DNA of 63,783 nt, filler included, from Phoronis australis (Eukaryota > Animalia > Phoronida): NCBI GenBank assembly GCA_002633005.1. It is 5 parts of 5 records of this genome, joined end to end, with 100 filler letters (N's around TTAATTAATTAA, not from the genome) between each part and the next. Parts side by side here need not be neighbours in the genome. Positions count along the whole stretch, not along the records: positions 1 to 19,341 come from NMRA01001446.1; positions 19,442 to 28,011 come from NMRA01000044.1; 3 more parts are not named here. One strand, given 5' to 3'. Within the stretch, counting starts at the first letter, position 1. The number at the start of each line of letters is the position of its first letter. The notes under the pieces are model-generated. The model was not told the DNA's origin. It did not search any database and saw nothing but the letters and a program-made list of their open reading frames with translations. Both the position numbers and the translations under genes were made by a program. This document shows positions 10,401 through 20,200 of the stretch, one piece after another.

Positions 10401-13400
10401 GGTGGGCCTTAGTTTCTCGGCATTCTTCGTCCATCTGGGAAAGAATTTTTGTAATTGGAGACAAAAATTTTTTCGGCCCCAAAAAACCCCTGGACTATAG
10501 GCCTAGGTTTTTTTTTGGTCGAAAACCTTTTTGTCTTCGATTTTAAAAATTCTTTGTGCATCTAATAGCCCCTTGTCTCCCCCCTCTACAAATGTAGGTA
10601 TCATACTTTTCTTGGCCTTAGTAAGGGCCCAGCAGTGCCCCAAACTTGTCCAGGGGTTTTTAGGGGCGGAAAAAAAATTGTCTCCAATTACAAAAATTCT
10701 TTCCCAGATGGACGAGGAATGCCGAGAAACTAAGGCCTTCGAAGTTTCAGTTTGATTGGATCATTAATGAGGTCACACGGCAAGATCAAAGATGAAAGAC
10801 GTCATTTTGAGACCTATTTCACGCCTTAAATTTTTTGACCCTGATTTCAAAACTTCTTTCATCGTTGGATAGCCTTTTACTTAATGACTCCAAAAACGTA
10901 AGTTGCCACTTCTGGTGAGCCCTAATAAGGTCACGGCAGAGGACTAAATTGGGAAAATTGGGTGGTAGTCTGTGACGTTGACCTTAAACTTTGACCCCGC
11001 AGGAGACAGGGACCTACAAAGTAGACGCATTTGAAAACTTGCCCTTAATTTTGCTTTGAAAATATCTCGGTTTAGTCGTCTTCAGGTTATTGGTCATGAA
11101 CATATGACTTCAAAAAACCGTAGTTCATCTTGGCACAACTTTTCTGATATTGCGAAGGGGGTATGTGAGTTTGGGGCACTCCTGGGCCCTTACTCTGGCC
11201 AAAAAAGTATGGTACCTACATTTTTAGAGGGGGGAGACAAGGGGTTATTAGATGCACAAAAAATTTTTAAAATCGAAGACAAAAAGGTTTTCATCCAAAA
11301 AAATCATAGGCCTATGGTCCAGGGGTTTTTGGGGGCCGAAAAATTTTTTGTCTCCAATTACAAAAATTCTTTCCCAGATGGACGAGGAATGCCGAGAAAC
11401 TAAGGCCTACCAAGTTTGAGTTTGATTGGATCATTAATGAGGTCACACGGCGAGATCAAAGTTGAAAGACGTCATTTTGAGACCTTTTTCCCGCCTAAAA
11501 TTTTTTTGACCCCGATTTCAAAACTTCTTTCATCGTTGGATAGCCTTTTACTTACTGACTCCAAAAACTAAGTCGCCACTTCTGTTGAGCCCTAATATGG
11601 TCACGGCAGAGGACTAAATTTGGAAAATTGGGGGGTAGTCTGTGACGTTGACCTTGACCCCGCAGGAGACAGGGATGTACAAATCAGACGCATTTGAAAA
11701 CTTGCCCTTAACCTTGCCTTGAAAATGTCTCGGTTTGGTAGTCTTCAGGTTATTGGTCATGAACATATGACTTCGAAAAACCATACTTCATCTTGCCACA
11801 ACTTTTTTTTTTTTTTGGACTAGACATGATATATCCTATAATGTTGCAAGAAGCTGGGACACCATTATTCCATATACTCACAGCAACTTACAAAGCCAGT
11901 CTTAGACTAGGTTATATCCCTAAGACTTGGACTGAAGCTAGGGTAGTCTTCATTCCTAAACCAGGGAAGAACTCATACCTTTTGCCTGAATCATTTAGGC
12001 CTATAACCTTAACATCCTTTCTTCTCAAAGGACTGGAAAGGCTCGTTCTGTGGCATCTTGATAAACAAGGAATACAGAACAAACTTCAGAACAATCAGTA
12101 TGCTTATAGGCCTGGCTTCTCTACGGAGACCGCTCTACATCATCTGGTTGCTAGACTGGAAAGGGCTGTTTTTAATAAACAATTTGCCCTCTGTGCCTTC
12201 ATTGATCTTGTTGGTGCTTTCAGCAATATTAAGCATGATGCGATTCGAATTGCACTGAACCACTTTAAAGTGAATAGGTGTCTTACCAGGTGGATCATTA
12301 ACATGCTTGGAAGTCAATCTGTGACTGCTTGTCTAGACAATGTGAGTGTGNNNNNNNNNNNNNNNNNNNNNNNNNNNNNNNNNNNNNNNNNNNNNNNNNN
12401 NNNNNNNNNNNNNNNNNNNNNNNNNNNNNNNNNNNNNNNNNNNNNNNNNNNNNNNNNNNNNNNNNNNNNNNNNNNNNNNNNNNNNNNNNNNNNNNNNNNN
12501 NNNNNNNNNNNNNNNNNNNNNNTGTTAATGCTTGTATTAATGAGCTTAACAAGCTTGCAATTGAAAGAACCGTCAATATACGCTGGGTCAGGGCCCATGT
12601 GGGAATTGATGGCAATGAGAATGCAGACAGACTCGCAAAGATAGGAGCAAGCGTTCTGCATTTTGTGCCTGAACCTGCTATCCCGGTATCTTACGGATGT
12701 TGCAGGATGAGTATACGCAACTGGGTACATACCCAGTCAGCAGCCCAGTGGGCATCACTTAACTCCTGCCGAGAAACCAAGGAGAATTTTCCCAACGTGA
12801 TCGAACCAAAAGGTTCAAAAAGCCTTCTGAGTCTAGATAGATTGGGTATAAGACACGTCATTCAAATTTTGACGGGCCACTGCAACCTAGCCCGACACAG
12901 ACACATTACTGGGCATATGAGGAGCCCCGTGTGTCCCGAGTGTGGTACTGACGTAGAATCTCCTAAACACCTGGTAGAGTCTTGCCCAGCTTTTTATAGG
13001 CTAAGGAGCAACCTACTGGATGGCATTGTTACATGCCTACAACATATACTGCATGGCAACAAATGGAAACGTCTGTCCGTTTTCCTAAAGGAGACTGGCA
13101 GACTTGAAAACTTTCTTCACGAGGAGCCATAATTGGGGTCTCGTGCCTTTGCTCAGGTGTTTTGTGCAATGGGCCCAACCATGAGGCGTGCGCACGTCTG
13201 ATGCACCGCAAATGACATCAGACCACCTGCACTATTTTTTTTTGCCACAACTTTTCTGATAGTGTGAAGGGGGTATGTGAGTTTGGGGCACTCCTGGGCC
13301 CTTACTAAGGCCAAGAAAAGTATGATACCTACATTTGTAGAGGGGGGAGACAAGGGGCTATTAGATGCACAAAGAATTTTTAAACTCGAAGACAAAAAGG

Positions 13401-14020
13401 TTTTCGACCAAAAAAAAACCTAGGCCTATAGTCCAGGGGTTTTTGGGGGCCGAAAAATTTTTTGTCTCCAATTACAAAAATTGTTTCTCAAATGGACGAG
13501 AAATGCCGAGAAACTAAGGCCTACCAAGTTTGAGTTTGATTGGATCACTAATGAGGTCACACGGCAAGATCAAATTTGAAAGACGTCATTTTGAGACCTT
13601 TTTCCCGCCTAAATGTTTTTTGACCCCGATTTCAAAACTTCTTTCATCGTTGTATAGCCTTTTACTTACTAAGTCCAAAAACTAAGTCGCCACTTCTGTT
13701 GAGCCCTAATAAGGTCACGGCAGAGGACTAAAGTTGGAAAATTGGGGGGGGGGGGTAGTCTGTGACGTTGACCTTAAACCTTGACCCCGCAGGAGACAGG
13801 GACCTACAACTAAGACGCATTTGAAAATTTGCCCTTAACCTTGCTATGAAAATGTCTCGGTTTGGTAGTCTTCAGGTTATTGGTCATGAACATATGACTT
13901 CGAAAAACCGTAGTTCATCTTGGCACAACTTTTCTGATATAGTGAAGGGGGTATGTGAGTTTGGGGCACTCCTGGTCCCTTACTAAGGCCAAGAAAAGTA
14001 TGATACCTACATTTGTAGAG
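7486..14020. repeat. ~670-bp satellite array arranged as a giant inverted repeat
   Basis: Marker GAAATCGGGGTCAAAA (or a close variant) at 7494, 8152/8272, 8945, 9623 and 10294 (period 658-678). Orientation flips at 10647/10648. The reverse arm runs 10648-11806 and 13242-14020. Confidence 0.95.
11807..13241 (+). mobile_element. 5'-truncated non-LTR retrotransposon with RT, RNase H and C-terminal CCHC (LOA/Lian-like, I-group)
   Basis: YIPKTWTEARVVFIPKPGK...FRPITLTSFLLKGLERL, QYAYRPGFST, FIDLVGAF. RNase H WVRAHVGIDGNENADRLAK. LTGH...CPEC...HLVESCP, stop at 13132. TSD TTGCCACAACTTTT at 11793-11806 and 13242-13255. N gap at 12351-12522. Confidence 0.9.
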
Positions 14021-15085
14021 GTTCAAACACCTATTGCCGGAAAACTGACCGTTGAAATTCGATGCCCCTCCGTTCCTAGGTCTTCTGGCCAACCCCTAGT
14101 AAAGGAAAATAAAAAAACTTCACTTTCAACGGTTGGGTTTCCGTCAATCGGCGCAAAAGCCTGCACGACTTTGTCCTACCCCGAAAAACCGAGAATTTTA
14201 CAGAGATTCCGCCTCCTCAATTCACACGTCTATTGTCGGAAAAGCAACAGTTGAAAATCGATGCCCTTCCGTTCCTAGATCCTCTGGCCCTACCCCAGTA
14301 AGGGGAAAGAAAAAAAACTTGACTTTCAACGGTTGGGTTTCCGTCAATCGGCGCAAAACCCGCACCACCATGCCCTACAACGAAAAACCGAGAATTTTAC
14401 GGAGATTCCGCCTCCTCACTTCAAACATCCATTGCCAGAAAACTAACCGTTGAAAACCGATGCCCCTCCGTTCCTAGATCCTCTCTCCCTTCCTCAGTAA
14501 AGGAGTCGAAAATTTGACTTTTAACTGTCGGGTTTTCGTCAATCGTCGCAAAACAACGCACGACTTTGCCCTACTCCGAAGAATTTTAGGATATTCCGCC
14601 TCCTCCATTTAAACGTCTATTGTAGGAAAACTAACCGTTGAAAATCGATGCCCCTCCATTCCTAGGTCGTCTGGCCCTCTCCCAGTAAAGGAAAGGAAAA
14701 AAACTTGACTTTGAACGGTTGGGTTTTCGTCAGTCGCCGCAAAACTTACTTTGCCCTACCCCGAAAAACCGAAAATTTTACCGAGATTCCGCCTCCTCAC
14801 TCCAAAGGTCTACTGCCGGAAAGCTAACGTTGAAAATCGATGCTCCTCCGTTCCTAGGTTCTCTCTCCCTTGCTCAGTAAAGGAGTCGAAAAAAATTGAC
14901 TTTTAACTGTTGGGTTTTCGTCAATCGTCGCAAAACCCTGCACGACTTTGCCCTACCCCGAAAAAACGAGAATTTTAGGAGAATTCCGCCTTCCCAATTG
15001 AAACGTCTATTGCAGGAAAACTAACAGTTGAAAATCGATGCCCCTCCGTTCCTAGGTCCTCTCGCCCTTCCTCAGCAAAGGAGGA
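14021..15085. repeat. ~195-bp tandem satellite, about 5.4 copies
   Basis: GTTGAAAATCGATGCCCCTCCGTTCCTAG-like marker at ~14051, 14250, 14448, 14637, 14829 and 15027. Confidence 0.92.
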
Positions 15086-15855
15086 TTATGCAAGAAAATG
15101 GCGTTTACTAGATTGTTTTTCACTTAAACGGCTGTAACGTGCAAGGCGAGTGCTGCTTAACTCACAGATTATGTGTGCACAGGCCGACTGTCGTTAGCTA
15201 TGCCGAGTGCCGTGGAGTATTAATAGTCCAAGGCTCGATCTACATGTTGGGGACGAAATGAACTACCCGGGCTGTGTGAAATTTCTGGGTCTAACGGAGA
15301 CACTGACGCAGTGGTCAGTCAGATCGCTGTATCAAGACTATAGTCAAAATCCAAATTCGTTTTATCGTGTCCCTGTCAATAATAACGGCATGTTAAAGCC
15401 TTCTTAATTTTCGTACTTTAGGAACATAACAATCACGTGTTTTGTACACATACGCGCACGCCGCAGATCACATCTCGGAAATTGTCGATTTGACGGATGA
15501 CAATGAATGAACACAATGAAATTAACAACGTCGTTTTACAGCTTGTAAGATTCATAATAAAAGTACTTTGAATATTGCAATGCATGTGTTCCATAATCTA
15601 AATAACTTAGGTCCTATATTTTTGTATTAGTGCGCGCCGAATGAAAGTAATCGTGAGTGTTGCTGTGTTGCAAAATCTCTTATCCCTGGCCGATTTGAAA
15701 AATTCAAAGTTGTACTCATATTTGTTTTTGCTCCTCTTTTCAAATATTACAGTAAAAACTACGTAAAAATCTCACCATAAAAAGTACAGTCTGCTAGCTA
15801 GATTGTAATCAGCTGATCATATCCGCATGAGCGAAGCCAATTATCCTTGCTCGTG

Positions 15856-16013
15856 ACTCGATGACTAGAGCAGCCTGGCGGCATCCCTTTGATCGACTGT
15901 GCGACTCAGCCAAGGTGGATAAATACGGTCTAGTTCAATTTTCCATACCCCGCCGTTTACCTTAACTACTGGGGTTAGAACCAATTTTATTTAGTGGGAA
16001 TGTTCATAGCATG
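15856..16013. repeat. Interspersed repeat fragment, copy 2 (matches 1-163)
   Basis: Direct sequence match to the window start. The element may extend upstream toward ~15090. Confidence 0.85.
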
Positions 16014-16775
16014 AGAAATCAAATGTTCATTTACAGGTATTTTGGTGAGGTACACACAAGGGAATGGGTGACGCACGCTTTGCAACCATGCCTTTTTCTA
16101 GTCAATGAACTGTACGCCTCATTGGCTACCTCATCTATTGTTTTGGGCTGGGATTTTCCGTTTTGGTGAAATCAGATTTTATTTAGCAACCTCAGATCTT
16201 TGCCAGGTTGGCAAATGCAACTTCAATTTGACTTGTGGTTGTAAAAATGTGGTGAAACATTAGTTTTCATGGACGCGCTTAGAAACTGGGAAAACCATGT
16301 TAAGCCCCCCCGGCCCCGGCCAATATTGAAATCTTGGATAAACCCGCGCCTGCTCAACGATATTGCGCAACCTAGGAATTTGCAACTCAACAAACACAGG
16401 ATGCTACACAAGAAAAAACTATTTTGCAAACTCATATCCCGTTTTGTAATCTAGGAATTTTGGCAGCGAGTTGGCAACAGACTTTAGAAATAACGTAACA
16501 ACATCAGTCTCCACCTCAAACCAGCCTGAGGAAACTGTATGCAACTGGAGAAATGTTGTCCAATCAATCATTTTACACTTTTCCATTATTCCTAGGAAAC
16601 CTCTGACTACTCATCAAATAGCGGATTTGCAACCGAATCGATTTAACGATTACGCATGTCCGGAAATTAAGGTGCGCAAAGGCTACTCGGATTGTTAAGG
16701 GTAAACGGGATGACCGACTGGTTTGCACGACGTGTAATTAGTGTGCATTAAACTACGCTGCTGTATGTAATTCTG

Positions 16776-18033
16776 CCGCTATTCGCCCTAATTAGCGCCC
16801 ATGGCTCAACAAGTGCCCCAACGCGTTTTCAGACTTTGCTAAAGTAAGCGCCCAGCCCATGAACTACATGCGAAAAATGCCCTTACCTACAGTTCTAACA
16901 TCTCCAATTTATCAATTGTAAGATCCGACAGCCTGAATTTGTAACAAACCACGAGCCTCACCGTCATGTCCGTATACACTTCAAACTGACGCCGCGATTC
17001 AAAAAGAACGCAGAAGTTTTGCTGCTCTTGCGAGGGATGTGCCCCACTACGCGGGTCTGGACTTTGAAAACAGACACAGCGTACTTGTCAAAGAGCGGGA
17101 TTGCATTGTTTCTTTCCAGTACAGATCTTCTCCGGCCTCAAACTTCTTTGTGCATGTGAAAACCGTGAATCGAAGACTAATAAAAAAAACTCGACCAGTG
17201 TTAGCACGCGACCAAGAAGCGCGCGCTGCATAATGTACCGACTGTCATCGAAGATTAATCGGGTAACATAGCATCGGCAAATAAATATTGGCACTAATTT
17301 CCGAAAGTTTCCAATACCGTAAAAAGCTTCTGCATTATTTTTAAGAGAAATTATTTAACTAATCATAATTGGTGTTTTTAAGGTCAAAATGACCCACTTC
17401 GCACCCTTACACCCCAAATCTTCCGGGAAATAGCTGTTACACTACGGTCACGCATCCACTCACCCGGCGACTCAATGAGTGACATGTCGGTCTTACCGAA
17501 AAAATTCTCGAACGTTTTTAGCAGATGAGGCCAGCAAGTGCTAAGCCGTAAATATTAAAACACGCTCTGCTTGACTGCTTGACTTATTTTTTTTGGATAC
17601 AATGCACACCTAGATCATTACCTTACTCTGGCAAATGAACTCTGACAAGCACACGCACGCTTACTCTCACACACACGCGTACAAACTTCAAAACAAACGT
17701 CACGTGACAACAACATGTGTTCCCACAGAGATTTTTCTCGGGTTGCGTGCTACAATCTAGCGTAGATTTGGACTTAATCTGCAGTTAATCCAGACTTCAC
17801 AAGAACTTAAAAATCTTAGAGACGCTATTTGGAAAACTTGAGGAGGATTTCAGGTAATTTGTTGAGTCAAGGCTGTATTCTTATTTAAGAATTCAAGCCC
17901 TATCGACGATTGCGAGACCAGCAGCTACGCATTTGTCGGGAAGATTTCGCCCTGGAACTTCAACAAAATTTTATGAAAAATGATCGTAATTTTACAACGA
18001 ATTTTGATAGCAATGTACCACAATTTTGTAGAA
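16776..18033 (-). mobile_element. Partial copy of the Tc2/pogo-like MITE found at 35691-37035
   Basis: Reverse-complement similarity to ~35860-37035, starting with a degenerate TIR CCGCTATTCGCCCTAATTAGCGCCCATG. The other TIR is absent. Confidence 0.8.
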
Positions 18034-18627
18034 AGTAAATAATAGTAATCTGCACGCTTTATCTAAGCGCGTAATGCATATAGTGTGCATACGTTAAGTG
18101 AGTCGACCCAGAACAGGTGATTGTGCAGAGGCATTATCCTCAAAATTGCTCATGTTGGCTTGGTTCTGGTCAAGCGAAAACAGTTTTTTTTCACTACCAA
18201 CCGCCGTGGAGTATTTGTTACTGTTTCTTTGAAGGGAGATATTGTTGGGCAGTTTCTAAGATACGTTTTCTTGCCGCCCTCAAAATGAGCGCTGCACACT
18301 TTATGCTACGAAGTCGGAAAGAATACACGAAGTCGGCCTTTGCTACCAGCTCTACCGATGTCTCTGACCCATGTTTAACGCAGTTCTTGATCCTTGGGAA
18401 ACAGGTAGTAACTAATTTTTTTATTTCGTTAACTGGTATTATAGCATGCCGGGCACACAACACGTATAACCTCCCTGTGGCCGGTTCGCCCCCACGCTTG
18501 CCGACGTACTTGTTTACCGGCTTAACCACAATGCAACATTCTGACCCATTTCCAATATGGCGGCGTTGCAACTCCGCTATTCAGACCGCTGGCCAGTCGC
18601 AATGACAAGCGGCGATAATACACTCAC

Positions 18628-18847
18628 CTGGCTTCAGCTTCGGTGCAGCCACCTTAGACACGGCTGGCTTTTCCCTGCCCACCATCCGTGGGTGCTTGGC
18701 TGATCCCACCCCCGTGGCACCACGTCTACTCAGTGCGTCGTACTCTTCATTCCCCCCATAGTTGGTATCAAAGAACTTCTTGAACCACTGTAGGAACTCA
18801 AAGTTAGCCTGGAAGCTTCCCTTCACCAATTTCTCAATGGGAATGAC
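18628..18847 (-). CDS. MAPRE1: Single exon of an EB1/MAPRE microtubule plus-end protein (end of CH domain plus linker); orphan or pseudo-exon
   Basis: cag|[42 protein letters not shown]...KLKPG|gtgagt. This is the classic EB1 CH-domain end. No other EB1 exon was recognised in the window. Confidence 0.8.
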
Positions 18848-19341
18848 CTGTGCATGGATAACCAATTCTGTTACACCAAACTGATACTCACAATAACAAT
18901 AAGGCTGGCTACTAGGTGGCGTGGCAAGTTCCACCGTAACGTATCACCGATTTCCTTCAGAAATAAATGCCAAAAATTGTCTTATTTCAATTTTGAAAGT
19001 CTTCCGGCAACGTTCGGAAAGTCCGCAATTTTTAGAAAGCTTGTCCCGAACGTGCAATTTTGCCAAGTACCATGACTCCATGAAATGCAGAGAAGCAAAC
19101 AGAGAAGTACAAATGCGAGACCAGGGTTGAGTTCTGACGGTTGTTGGTGGTGTTGCTGTTGGTCTTTAATTCAAATCCAACAAGATGCCTGTTCAGCTTC
19201 AGTGGCTGTGTCGCGTAGCAGAGCCTTCTTTCCCGACACGGAGACGCCAAGACACATCGCCATGATAATGACCGAACTGGCCGGAAAACCCCGGCAGCCG
19301 ACCTCCACAGGAAAACTCCAACATCTCCAGCCGTTAACATG

Positions 19342-19441
19342 NNNNNNNNNNNNNNNNNNNNNNNNNNNNNNNNNNNNNNNNNNNNTTAATTAATTAANNN
19401 NNNNNNNNNNNNNNNNNNNNNNNNNNNNNNNNNNNNNNNNN
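19342..19441. other. Scaffolding gap with TTAATTAATTAA linker (same at 28012-28111, 59806-59905 and 62580-62679)
   Basis: Identical 100-bp N-TTAATTAATTAA-N spacers. True gap sizes, and possibly contig order, are unknown. Confidence 0.95.
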
Positions 19442-19656
19442 GTTTTCGATTTTACATTATGAGATATACCGTAGTCATATCAGAATATTGCTGGATAGTT
19501 GCTACCCGGGCCATATATCATCGTATTATAGATGAGCAATCTATGGATATTACTGTAATGAGTAGCAACTACAAAAGAAGAAAGACTTAAAGTGTTTGTG
19601 TCAGGAGCTGTCCTCTCGCGGTGCATGGAATTCTGCCTTTCTTGAGCTGTTGTTCG

Positions 19657-20200
19657 TCATTCATGTGGGAGGTCTTTAAGTATAAAACATGATGATTGGT
19701 CCACTCCTGCATGACTTGCTTCTTTAAACATGTCTGCATTTGACTGACATGGATGGCGTACTGTTTCGCGACATTTGGTGATGAGTCTCAATCCATTGTT
19801 TGGAGTCAGATGGCAGAAGCCATTTATCCTGTGCTTTGCCAAATGAACGATGGTAATTGCTTCAGGTAGCAGTCGCTGGTATGCTCAGCGTGAATGTAAA
19901 TCGACACCGAACAGGAACGCTTTCTAGGATGAGTAGCCTATGAATCCATCCCAGGGTGGTGTGACCATATTGGTCTTGATACTCAATGATAGCTTCCTCG
20001 TCTTCTGCTGTGCAAGAGTTTGATGTTCCGCTTTGATTTCGGATTAACAGGCCTTGTGAGTTTTCTCGTACGCTCCATTGTAAATTACGTTTACCCGCCA
20101 AGATTCCACAAGTTTCGATGATTTTTCTTGTGTTGCTTGTAACTGATCTTGCCAATAGTTTAACCATATCAGATTGAATTACGATTTGATCAAGCACTGC
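19657..20200 (-). pseudogene. STAMBP: STAMBP/AMSH-like JAMM deubiquitinase-domain pseudogene
   Basis: SNTRKIIETCGILAGK...QSGTSNSC..EDEEAIIEYQDQYGHTTLGWIH/THP...FLFGVDLHSR*AYQRLLPEAITIV...GFCHLT...GLRLITKC. Frameshifts and an internal stop; no introns across the domain. Confidence 0.85.

Noticed and set aside
7547-11403. Repeated 80-115-aa ORFs on both strands
   Set aside because: They come from the 670-bp satellite. Frames break at homopolymer indels between copies and show no recognisable domain.
12351-12522. Internal deletion in the LINE between RT and RNase H
   Set aside because: The missing part coincides with an N gap of unreliable size, so a deletion cannot be claimed.
18218-18571. 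QRRHIGN resembling the RapGAP KRHIGND motif
   Set aside because: No surrounding RapGAP similarity. It derives from the common GCCGCCATATTGG motif.
19342-19441. TTAATTAATTAA motif recurring four times
   Set aside because: Artificial all-frame-stop linker inside 100-bp scaffold gaps.
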